The notes under the pieces were generated by a model. That model saw nothing but the letters and a program-made list of their open reading frames with translations. It made no database searches and was not told the DNA's origin. Positions 13,510 to 25,339 of a DNA stretch of 64,000 nt are shown here, piece by piece. The DNA is from Azolla caroliniana (lineage: Eukaryota; Plantae; Polypodiophyta), in contig JBHGNT010000009.1 of NCBI GenBank assembly GCA_043228905.1, forward strand, positions 15,686,001 through 15,750,000. The letters are read 5' to 3'. Numbering within the stretch: the stretch's first letter is position 1; every line of letters starts with the position of its first letter. Position numbers and translations under genes: made by a program.

Positions 13510-15715
13510 ATGTCTAGGAGGACGAAATGGTGCAGGTTTGCCTTGGAGGGTTGGCGTCGAAGCATTCCGAACGGCGGTCTGCACGAGGGAGAATACACCT
13601 TCGTTTTTCAAGCTTCAATCAATGTTGCTCGTAGAAGAAAACCACTCGGGTGCGTCGACGAGTATGCGCACTGACAACAAGATGTTGTACATGGAGGCAG
13701 ATCGGCCCCATGGTCGTGCTGGACAAGGCGGGTCGACACCCAATCGAGGTGGCCGGTAGAACTCAAGGCATAATCAAAATGCCAACAACAGTTCCGAACC
13801 CTCCACGGGTAGGGGGAGTCAAGGCAACGCCGGAAGTCAGCAAGGAAAGGCCGCGATGAACTATTGGTACCATGACCGGAAGGGCCACAGAGACAACGAG
13901 TGCTGGAAAAAGCAGGGAGATTTGGACAAGGTTGGATCGAGCCGAGGAGACGCAGATAGGTGTCAAAGATCACACTACGCCGAAACGGGCCCAACCTTCA
14001 TGATGAAGCACAAAGCCAACTCAATGGCAAGGAACACCTGTGGTACTATGTGGATTTGGGCGCGTCGAACCACATGACGAATCACAAGGAGTGGTTCTCG
14101 ACTCTGGAAAAGCTTGAGTAGCCGGGGGTCGTTGAAACTTGCGATGACACCCCTCACCCCATTGAACACATAAGAGATGTCCCTCTGAACCATGTCGGCC
14201 AGAAAGGAATCATGAGGAATGCTTTGCATGTGCCCACAATCACAAAGAATTTGGTGTCGGTTGGACAAATTGTCGATCAGGGCATGCAAGTTCGATTTAC
14301 TCATCTTGGGTGCTTCATCTAAGAAGAAGGCAAGATAATTGCGCAAGGGCGAGACCAACGATGTAGGCACAACGATGTTTGCAAAAGGTCAGAAAGTTGA
14401 ATTGAGTATCAACTTGTGGCACAAGCGGTTCGGCCACGTCAATTTCCCACGACTTCGAGAGTTACCAACAAAAAACATCGTTTTCGGTTTGCCGAAATTT
14501 AGTGACCGAAAAGACCAAGTCTACGAAGCTTGCCAGTTAGGGAAGCATCATCGACTTCCACTCCCAAATGAAAGAAATCGGAGCCAAAACAAGCTCAATT
14601 TGATCCATTTGGATGAATGGGGACCGACGCAGAACATGAGTATCGGTGGAAGTCGTTACTTTGTAACCTTCATCGATGACTACACTCGGCACACTTGGGC
14701 GTGCTTGATCGAGAAGAAGAATGAAGTATTCTCCTACTTCTTGAAGGTGAAAAGCATTGTCGAATGGGAGACAGGCCGAAAGGTCAAGTGCCTAAGGTCC
14801 GATGGCAGGAAAGAGTACTTTTTTGACCAGTTCTCTAGCTATCTACAAAAGGAAGGAATTTGATGTGAATTCTCCTACAGATACACACCGCAGTAGAACG
14901 ACATGGCCGAAAGGAAGAATCAGATGATCGAAGAAATGGCTAGGGCAATGCTTGAAGAGAAACATTTGCTGAAGTTTTACTAGGCCGAAGCTGTCAGGAT
15001 GGCAATATACCTGTAGAATCAGACTTCCGCAAATGGAGGAGTGTCACCACACGAGTTGTATTTCGGGAAGAAACCAAAATTGGCACACTTGAGGGTTTTC
15101 AGTGGCACTGCATATGTGCATGTGTTGAAAGAGAAGCAGAGGAAGCTAGACATGAAAGCCGAGAAGTGCATTCTTGTCGGCTACTTAGATGAGCAGAAGG
15201 GTTATAAGTGTTATAACCCTCGAACGAAAGAGGTTTGAGTAAGCCGAGATGTCGTTTTCGACGAGTCGGCTTTGTGGTACTTTCCTTCACCTCCAACTCC
15301 CATCCACTCCATTCCGAATTTTGAGGATGAGGCCAGTGAGGCCGAGATGTCCCTAGTGGAAGAAGAAGTTGGATCTCTAGAAGAGAGTCTGATCTCATTT
15401 TGGCTAAGTGGGCCGAAGAGTCGGATTACTAGTCTGATGATGAGGCCGCGAGTAGTGAACACTCGGTCGTGCAAACCCCATGCCAAAAACCGAGGAGATG
15501 GTTTACGTGCAAGGAGAAGGGGAAGATGAAGGCGCCGGAGTATGGCATCGAGGCTGAAACATTGGTTCGAAACGAATCTGACACGGCTAGAAGCAAGGAG
15601 GGACCTCCGAAAACGAGATCGAAATCGATCGAGAGGGCCACAAAATCGGTGAACTAGAATTTCGGGTATAACGAGTATATGGCGCATCATTATGCATATA
15701 TGGCGCAGGTGGCAG

Positions 15716-18700
15716 TGCACTATCATTTTGTCTGCAAGCGAGTCCTCTCCAAAGAAGTCGAACTTCCTTATGTTCTTGAATGTTTGACTCAATCAGATTG
15801 ATTTCTCTGAACACCCAAGAGATTGGAAACGGTCTGCCAGAAGACATATCCCATTTGTGACATTATCGGCTGTAGATATCTTCTCAAGGCCGATTTTCCT
15901 TGAAATGACGTAGTCTCAAACGAAGTGATATCTCACATCTATGTGCTTCGAGGCATTGCGATGCACCGTATTTTTTTACAAAGCGACAACACCTTGATTG
16001 TCACTATAGACAACTGGAACCAAATCGGAGTCGGCTTGTCGAAATGTGCACGCCAATCAACCGAGCCATAAGGCCTCTTTCGCTGCTTTGGACACGGCTA
16101 CATATTTGGCTTCAATTATTGAAATGGTCATGCACTCCTATTGTTTCGACTTCCACGAGATTGCTCCATTGCCAAATTTGAAGCAGTATCTGGTTGTCGA
16201 CTTTTGACTGTTTAAGCAAGCAGCAAAGTTCGAGTCGGTATAACCGACTACGCCTAAAGTCTTGTTCGGACTGAATAGGATACTATAGTCTTTTGTGCCC
16301 ACAAGATATCTGAACACATGCTTTACTGCGTTCCAATGTGATCAGTTAGGGTTATGCATGAATATGTTGACGACTCCTACGACATGGGCTAAGTTCGGCG
16401 TGTTGTAACCATTGCATACATCAAGGAGTCGACAGCCGATGCGTATGGCACTGACTTCATAATTTCCTCCTCCAGACTGGATGACAGGTAGTCCTTCTAA
16501 GATAGTTGAAGGCTAATTGGGAATGGGGTCAAAGCAGATTTTGCAAGATTGCATGTTGAAGCATTCTAAGACACGTCCAATATAGTCGGCTTGAGACAGA
16601 AACAACTGTCGTTGAATTCCAAAGTCAACTTATCTTCATCCCGAGAATGTGTCTTGCCGGACCAAGGTCCTTCATGGCAAACTTCAACCTCAATTGCCAA
16701 ACGAGTTCGGCAAGCTCTCCAGCATGTCGGCCGGAGAGGAGCGTGTCATCCACATAGATGATGAGGAAGACTCAGTGATCCTCATCGCTCGAAGCTGACC
16801 GATTGGATGAAGTCGTTGAACTTCTTGTACCACTGTCGGGGTGCCTGTTTAAGACCGTATAGACACTTCTTGATTCTGCAGACTAGATGTTCCTGACCAG
16901 ATGCCATGAAGCCTTTTCGATTGCTTCATATAAATCTCCTCCTCTAGGTCACCATGGAGGAATGTTGTTTTAACATCTAGCTAGATCAACTCCAAATCCT
17001 CAGCTACCAAGACGCCGAGTATGAGGCGAAGGGTCGTCATAAATATTTCGTCAAAATTGACGCCATATATCTCTCAAAACCCTTTCACTACTAATATGGC
17101 CTTGAATTTTGGTGTGGTTGAATTGGACATCTCTTTTAGTTTGTAAACCCATTTGCACGGAAGAGCACGTTGATTTTTCAATAATTCAACCTAGTACCAA
17201 GCCTTGTTTTGTTGAATGGAGTTCATCTGTAACTCCATCACCAGTTGCCACGTGGCTGAATCGGCTAATGTCGATGCTTCTTCATATGACATCGGCTCAC
17301 CGGCGTCCGTGAAGAAGAGGACCTCTCCAAACTCTTCGACAATCTTTCAAATCTTCTTGGTATGACTGGGCTAGCCATATCGGGTGTCTAGGTCAGACGG
17401 TCTGGAGCCGATTCGGTGCTAGAGGATTTGGCTACCCGTGAAGTCGACCTCGTGTTTTGGGCTAGGCCACCATGAAGGGTTGGAACTTCTAAAAAGGTTA
17501 CCCTTCGGACTTGAATGGGCCATTCGATCGTCTTATGCATAGCCGACTCATTGAACACTACGTTCGAACTTCGACCGTCAATATCCGATCTCGCCGTCTA
17601 GTCCATAGCCAAGGAAAATGCATTTCCTAGACCTCGGTTCAAATTTTCGGTGATCGTCCCTCGGTATGAGGGTGTATGCCTCGGATTTGAAAATCTTGAA
17701 CTTGTTGTAATTCAGCTTATTGCCGATCCATAATTCATGTGACATTTGAAGTCCTAGAGGCCTACTTGGTGACATATTGATTATGTGTACTATCGTAAGT
17801 AGGGCCTCTACATAGAAGCTATCCGACAGTCTGGAGTGTTGTAGCATGACAACGATTGGTTCTTGAATTTTCTGATTAATTTCTTCAGCAATTCCGTTCT
17901 GCTCTGGACTATGTGGTGTCGTGTATTCACATTGAATGCCGTGTTGCCGGCAAACTCTGACGAATTCTTCACTTTTGAACTCTCTTCCATTGTTGGACCG
18001 TAAGCATTTTAGCTTCTGGCCGGACTGGTTCTCCACCATGGCAAGCCATTCGGAAAAGATTGAGAACACCCAATCTTTGGTTCTGACCGGATATGCCCAC
18101 ACCTTACGAGTCGAATCATCAATGAACCTGACAAAGTAGGAGGTGCCAGCAAGAGATGGATGTGGCATGGGACCACAAATGTCCGAATGGACCAAGTCGA
18201 GGGAAATCGACTCTCTCAGCTCTATATTCGGGTGTGAGGCAGTGACTTGCTTGCCGTATTGGCAATGCTCGCAGAATTGGTGGTCAAAGAATGAGAGTTT
18301 GGGGATGTATCCAGCTCTGGATAGATGCGTTATGCCGGCCTTGCTAAGATGTTTGAGTCGGCCATGCCACAATGATGACATGGGAATGTTGACCAGAAAC
18401 AAGTCAATCTCTTGGAGTGTGACATATATTGGGTACAATGAATGTACTTTCGGGCCTCGCGCAAGCATGTTATCCGTGAGATTGTAAGTGTACGACTGTA
18501 TAAGTGATGGTATGTGGATAGATAAGTGTAAAGTCTTTGTGTTAAAAGTCATGTTGTAAGTGTGTGCAAGTGTGCACAAGCGTAAGTGTGAGTATATTAA
18601 TATGTGTTAACACATGCACATTTATGTGAATTTGTGCAAAAATGGAATAGTGTTGTAAAGTTGGTCTAGGTTGTTAGAAGGTTATGTAACTAACCTACAA

Positions 18701-18798
18701 GTCTCATTGTATGTTCTTGGATTGTGATACTCATGCAGTGTACCTATATAACCCCACCATAGGGGACCTGAATGAAAGTAGTAGTTTGGACTCTCAAT

Positions 18799-18843
<45 letters not shown>

Positions 18844-20390
18844 TCACGATCAACCCCCTTGGGAGGGGGGTGGAACCGTTCTTGGCTCCACCTCCCACCC
18901 ATAAGCAAATCAGGAGGTTCCCCTTGTGGAGTGTCCACCCTCCTGATGAGAAGCCAGCACGGATACCGTTTTCGTCAAGTTGTCCGACTGAGATCAATGG
19001 TCTTGAGAGCTCAGGTACGTGCCAGACATTATGTAGTATTAGTGTAGAGCCACCCGACAAGTTGAGCTGTATACTGCCAATTCCAATGACGCAATGATGC
19101 GAATTTTCGACTCGAATTGAGTCGGAATGCTAGGTTGAATATTGCTGAAATTGTGATCTGTGAGGAGTCACATGGTAGGAAGCGCCCCAATTTAAGAGCC
19201 AAGTGCTTGACTCTTCAGTCATAAGAAAAACTTCTGATTCGATTGAGTGTTTGATGAACAAAATGTTTGGGTCGTCCGTCAACACTTCGGTTGATGAGCT
19301 GAGGTAGTTGACCTCCTCTTGCCGGCTGCCCTTGTGATTAGCTCTCTAAGCCTTATCATTTCTAGTTTTTAGGGTGCGGTAATCGGCCTTGATATGTCTG
19401 GGTTTCTTGTAGGAATTGTAGGTTTGATTATCCGGAGACTTGCTCCGGTTCGTGTATTAGTCGGTGGTCAGGAAGAACTTCTTCCTCGACTATTTGATCA
19501 GTTGGCCGAACCTTGTATTACGTAGGTGTCGTTGGTCGAAGCGTTTATGAAAAATTTCCTTTGAGCTGCTTTAGTCAAGATTGAGCATGTGACTTCGGAG
19601 TACTTTAGTACAACAATCAACGCATTGCACACAGTTGTGATGAAAGTTTCCCATAAAGGGGGGAGACTGCTCATTAGCAACATTGCTTTTAATTCGTCTT
19701 CAATTATTGTCCCCTGAGCTGAAATTTGGGAGCTTAGGCTTTCGTACTCATTGATGTGTGCCTGGACCAAGTCGGATTCTTTCATCCGAGGTTATAGAAG
19801 CATCTAATAAGGGTATATCTTTGTTGTGGCGACCTTCTTTTCATAAGTGTTTGAGAGTGTCTTACATAGTTGGAAGGTAGTCGAGCACGATTACACTGTG
19901 AAGCACATTGACTCCAACAAGTGCATACGAATGGTGGCTCGGAGAATTCGATCTAACTTTGTCCACTCATTCGGCTTATACTCTTCTCAAGGGTTTTCGA
20001 ATTCAATCAATTCTATCTGATCTTTGACAATTAGGTAGTCCTACATTTGTTCCTTCCAAAAGTTGAAGTTTGATACGTCGAACTTCCTTAGACTCATCTC
20101 AGATGAGTTGTATGTTGATGCTATTCTGTATCGGCTTTGGGAAGGCTTTGTCGGGAGTCGGCTACGAAAAGTGGTCAGGTGCAGTCGGCTAGCTCACCCG
20201 AATTCGTTCTAGCCGGATTTGGACACGAGCCGATTGACCTAGTCGAATTGGACCTGAATTTGTCGATTAGTTAGCCGATTTGGATCTGGATGACAATTGG
20301 GTGCGAAACTTGCTCGAAGTTGCTACAACGAGTGGAAGGACAAAACCGACTGGTCTTCCCGAATATCACCTAGCCGAATTGAGCAAGGAG
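15716..20390 (-). mobile_element. Ty1/Copia family B internal region (gag-PR-IN-RT-RH), decayed, LTRs not seen
   Basis: Minus strand: gag LKAMLLMSSLP; protease region LHNVWHVPEL; integrase LWHGRLKH..CEHCQYGKQ, FIDDSTRKVW, PEQNG; RT LDVKTTFLHGDLEEEIY and YVDD; RNase H KHIDVRYHF. Boundaries are approximate. Confidence 0.88.
18468..18907 (+). mobile_element. Solo LTR (family E) nested in Copia B
   Basis: TG...CA termini, TSD aagca/aatca, a TATA box and (CT)n. Removal restores KGNLLLARGPK. Homologous to the LTR starting at 38659. Confidence 0.85.
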
Positions 20391-23300
20391 GGGTGACATG
20401 TTTGATTAAGAAGGAAATAGAGAAATATGTGTCAATTGTAAAAAATCATGAACATAAATGCTACATATGGCTCAAAATAGAAATACCTAATGATTTACCC
20501 ACTCTTGTAGTTGGATGTTACATTCCTCATCAAGATTCTAACTTTTATGCTTGTTTGGATAAAGATCAACCTTTTGCCAATCTAGAAGATGATATTGCTT
20601 ATTTCAAATCCAAAGGGGAAGTTGTTGCCTTTTGTGATATGAATGCCTGTACAAGAAGTTTCCAACTTGATGCACAACAATCTTTCATGCCACATATCTC
20701 AAGGATGCAAGAGGATATACAAATGTATAGCCGCTCTTCTAACAATGAAAAAGATCTAGACCAATTTGGGAAGTTGCTCCTACAAATGTGCAATAGTACT
20801 GAATTGCTTATTGCAAACGGTGTCTCCTTATGGCCCAACATTAATGGATTTACATGTAGAAAACACAATGGAAATAGTGTAATTGACTATGTGCTACTTT
20901 GTGATAGTATTTTGGATCGTATACATAAGTTCTCACTTGTTGAATGGACACCGGAATCCGATCATAGGGCTTTATGTATTGACCTCCAATGTATGCTTAG
21001 GCTTGATTGTGAGATGGCCATTGAAGGTAATAAACAACCCCACTTGAGGATGGACCTTAAGTGAGCGCCCATGTACTCCAAGATGGTTGAGGATATGTTA
21101 CAAATGATAAAGATACAACATGGTGTGGTAATTGGCCTTGATATGTCTTTCGAAAACACCATAGCACCATTCATCACCTTATCACCCTTCGAGGATTAAT
21201 GGAGGAAAGTTGCCTTGGAGGTAAAGGTTTATATTGTTGCTTTGAAGACTTTAGGAAAGCTTTTGATATGATACCTCATGAACATCTTTGGAGGACAATG
21301 GAAGAACTCAAGGTGCCAAGTGAATATATGCTTGCAATCTTCCGAATATATGAGAAGGTTATATGTTGTGTGCGTATGAGTGATATACTTTCAGATTTTT
21401 TCGATAGCACTATTGGTGTGAAGCAAGGATGCCTACTCTCACCAACTCTATTTGGTCTATGCATTGATGAATTGGAAGAAATGTTTGCCAAGTTTGTAAA
21501 GGAAGAAGGTGTTAAAGAAGTTGCAATTGGAATGTGGCCATTATGCTTTTGCTATATGTGGATGATGTAGTGCTTTTTGGAAATACTTTAGAAGATGCGC
21601 AAAAGCTTATGAAGGCATTGGAATTTTTTTTCATGCATACCAAATTAAGTGTTAATAGCTCTAAAACAAAGATTATGTTTGTGAAGAGCCAAAAAAGAGA
21701 TAAGCCAGATTATGTACAATAATGAGCCACTTGAATGTGTGAAAAGCTTCAAATATCTTGGCCTTGAAGTTCCCTCAAATCATAGATGGAATGAATGTGC
21801 TACACACTACTTAGAGGTGGGAAAGCAATCATATTATGCATTTGAGAACACATGCAATCGTGGAGATATTACATGTTGGGTCCTCAAGAAATACCTTTTC
21901 GACACTTCGGTGACACTGGTGTCGCGGAAATCTGCGTGTGCGTGTCAGATAGGATGGGACCACGGGGGTCTTGGACTAGGGAGTAAGAGGAGGGAGATAA
22001 GCTTGTGAGTTCAACCAAGAAGGAAAAGAAAGATTAAGATTCAAGAGAATAAGATATAAACAAGACAAGATACATTATGGAAAGCACCACACCAATTACA
22101 ATCGTGGCCGTAGGCCGAATGTAAACCCTCTAGATGAAACCCTAACCGGATAGGGGAAAAGAAGAAGAAGAAGAAGACGAATGAAACCCCTAAAATGAGA
22201 TCCTAAAATCCAAAATTCCGAAACCCTAATGGCAACCCAAAGAAACCCAAAAGTGGAAGCCCTTCAAAAGTGGAAGCCCTTCAAAAGTGAGGCACATTAC
22301 AAAAAGTGAGACACAAAAAGTGGAAGCCCTTCACTCCCTTTTATAGTAGTAAGGGGTGAGGCACATTACAAAAAGGAGTGGTCAAATCCCCTTTCTTTCA
22401 AAGGAGAGTATTTGACCTCGATCTTAGGAGGTGAGATTGATGGGTCTTAACTCCCTCTGCTCTCACTGACATACTCAATGCCCACTACTCCCTACACCCA
22501 TACTTCATGTGCCTCCCTCTAGTCTACAAAGTGCACATCACCTTCGTACCTTTACATCTTACTTTTCCTCCTTACATTAGTCTTTTATTCCTATGTTACA
22601 ATTTTCCTAAGTTCATGTGCAATGTTGTACATCTTGTTTTATTCCTCCCGCTCGGGTTTTCTCACCATGGCCGAAAATTCTCATGACACCGATGCTTCTC
22701 TATGGGGTGGTAGCATCCCTAAATCTACTTGGAAAGAGTTTGAAAATGTCCAAAAACATTTTCTTACAAAGTTTCAAGATGTTAAGAAACAAATGCCATA
22801 CATCCTCCTCCTTGAGACGGGATCACTTCCCATTGAGATCTTGGCCATGGAAAGGGTTGTTGAATACATGCTTAAGGTTCAAAAAAGTTTCTCACATCGA
22901 CTTCTTAGAATCGCATGGGAAACAAGCAAAAAGATCCAAAAGACGCATAAAAGAAAAATTTTGTGTTCCGTTTGGATGTAAGATATGAAAAAGTGGTTTG
23001 GTAGATGGGATGCAACACATTTGCTTCATGATGCATCACCAAATTCCTCTGTAAATGAGGCCTTTTTGCAACGCCAATATATCATGACATGGGAAAAATG
23101 TGGAGGCTCACGTTTCATACATTATACCACACATGTTGCACCTAACTAAACCATATTCTTCGCGGAACGGGGAAACTGTACACATTGATACATATTAGAG
23201 CCCATTCTGTTGGCTTCTATTCGAACCATTGCTTCCATGACACTTAGCTCACATGTATTGCAATGTGAGATGGGGCATTGGGGCACAAGTGATGAGAGTG

Positions 23301-23590
23301 GTCGACTATGCACACTTTGCCCTAAACAAGTTCGAGAGTTTGAGTATCACAGTTTGATACAATGTTCTGCCTTTGATCATATTCGACCATGCTTTCCACA
23401 CATCTTTGACCAAGCCCAATCCTTGCACAAATTTCTCTCATAACCACAATGTGCACTCTCGATTGCAACATTCATTGGTAAAGTTCTTGAACATCAAGAG
23501 TTGCGACTCACTTTCACACCTATCATGTGAAATGTAATGTTTTTGGTCTCATAGGTCACCGAAGACGATAATATAATCTATCTATCTATC
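20391..23590 (+). mobile_element. RTE-X/L2-like LINE, decayed, with (TCTA)n tail
   Basis: Endonuclease CYIP..DMNA..FTC..SVIDY..SDHRAL; RT DFRKAFD, GVKQGCLLSPTLF, LYVDD, FKYLG; C-terminal SSHVLQCEMGHW..RLCTLC..EYHSLIQC. Tandem tcta tail at 23577-23590. Clade assignment is inferred. Confidence 0.85.
21920..22688 (-). mobile_element. Solo LTR-like element (TGTCG...GACA group), 4-bp TSD
   Basis: Termini tgtcgcgg...catgaca. Flanks ctgg/ccga derive from CCGG. Removal restores the LINE frame VTPVLLYG. Reverse-complement similarity to 12690-13509. Confidence 0.82.
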
Positions 23591-23699
23591 TTTGTGCATA
23601 TCTTCTTTGCAAGAATCGTGAATCTCAACCTCCATCCGATTAGATATTTGTTTGCTAACTCCACACAAAATCCTCATACGTTTCCACATCCGGCCAACA
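23591..23699 (+). mobile_element. 3' part of a Copia family C LTR
   Basis: Aligns with 30311-30447 and ends ccaaca. The LINE tail abuts the position of the LTR (CT)n tract. Confidence 0.8.
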
Positions 23700-24322
23700 C
23701 GTTCGCGTTCACAAGTGGAAGGATCGCACATTCCATTTATAGATTCCTTTTATAATCTTGCGATTTTAGACAATTTTCAAAAACTTGATACACCAGTATC
23801 ACATGTTTTAAATAGCATGTAAAATTTGCTAATTTTTTGAGATTTAACAAGTTTCAAAATGATATTTTCTAAAATTGAATAGTTTTTCTGTAAATGTTTA
23901 AATGTTGATGGTTTGCAGATATGAAATGTAGTTAACTTAAAGAAAATCACAATGGTTAACTCAAGGCACAAGTTAAGATTAATGGTTTCACCATCTTGAT
24001 GAGATTAAGATTACATCTTTTGTTAGACTTGAAAATGTTTTAAGTATAAGAGGTAACATTGCAATCCTTAATGTCATCATCTATAAATTTAGTGCTTATT
24101 AACATCCATAAATTCACAACTCAAGAAATGTAAACAATATTCATAAACAATTTTGATAAATCCACAACTCCGAAAATGTAGATGATATTCATAAACTGTC
24201 AAAACTATCAAACTTTAGATGTGAACATCAATATATCAATTTGAACATATCACATAGTTATCAGGGTATCTACAATGTTATCCTCTTCTTCCTTTTGAGA
24301 ATTCCCCTACAAAATTTGTGAA
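23700..24322 (-). mobile_element. 3' terminal fragment of a Sola-like DNA transposon
   Basis: The reverse complement of cgttcgcgttcacaagtggaaggatc matches gatccttccacttgtgaacgcgaa at ~60268-60291. Similarity continues into 60160-60220. Confidence 0.6.
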
Positions 24323-25241
24323 GTAAATGGCATTTGCGAAGTTCAATTACAATCAATACAATTATTAATGGTTTTTTGCTAATCAATGAAGCACATGTTC
24401 ACCATAAGGTATCTTGTTGTGCAACATACATCTTTGCAGTATCGATATGAATCTTTTTCTCGTGTAAAAACATAGATTTCAGTATAATTTGAGTTCATAT
24501 TTAAAAAACCTCTTTTATTTGAAAAACAAGAAGATTTTTAAACATGAACTCGATATGTTGTATCGAGTTGATGTAAAAAATAGAGTTTTGATCATAATTC
24601 CATACAATGTATTGAATTCATGATCAAAGTTTCTTTTACCGAATTTAAAAAAATTAATAATAATAAGTTGAGCTTGAGCTCATATAAAAACCAGATCTTT
24701 CATCACAATTCAATACAATGCATCGAGTTCATGTTTAAAGTAATTTTTTCAAATTTGTTTTCAATTGTTTTTTATTTTTTTCAATTTGTTTTGATTTTTT
24801 TCAAATTTTTTTATTAGAAAAAAATAATTTTAAACATGAATTCGATACATTGTATCAACTTGTGATAAAAACTCTAGTTTTTTCATCATTTATTAAAGCT
24901 CAAAAAATAATTTTAAAAAAACACAAAAAACCAAAATAAATAGAAAAGAAAAACAATTTTTTTAAAAGAACCCCCAAAAAAAGCTTTAAACATGAACTCG
25001 ATACAACATATCAAGTTCATGTTTAAAAGACTTCTTGTTTTTCAAATAAAAGAGGTTTTTTAAACATGAACTTGAATCATACTAAAATATTTGTTTTTAG
25101 AAGAGAAAAAGATGCATATCGATAGTGCAAAGAAGCATGTTCCATAACAAGATACATTATGGTGAACATGTGCATCATTGATTAACAAAAAACCATTAAT
25201 AATTGTGTTGATGGTACTTGAACCTTACAAATGTCATTTAC
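24323..25241. repeat. Fold-back/MITE-like element with ~250-bp terminal inverted repeats
   Basis: 24323-~24575 is the imperfect reverse complement of ~24988-25241. Internal palindromes AACTCGATAC-N3-GTATCGAGTT recur. No TSD is recognisable. Confidence 0.8.
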
Positions 25242-25339
25242 ATGGTCTATAAAGTATTCTCGTGGTTCTCAATCACCACTTCAATCATTTAATGTTGATC
25301 TTCATAGTTTGGTTCATCTTTTGACACAATACCAAGCAG

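Larger units (their letters stand above)
10843..15715 (+). mobile_element. Ty1/Copia family A, decayed (5' LTR 10843-11246, PBS, gag-PR-IN; RT and 3' end missing)
   Basis: The LTR is homologous to those at 43501 and 48482. PBS tggtgtcagagc (tRNA-iMet type) at 11247-11258. gag LDKSKYASW and RKLQLRQEL; integrase LWHKRFGH..CQLGK, YFVTFIDDYTR, KAEKCILVGY. Confidence 0.9.

Noticed and set aside
12943-13994. Cluster of overlapping 70-130-aa ORFs on both strands
   Set aside because: Explained by a GC-rich solo LTR and the Copia gag frame; no independent protein motifs. The same applies to most short antisense ORFs in the track.
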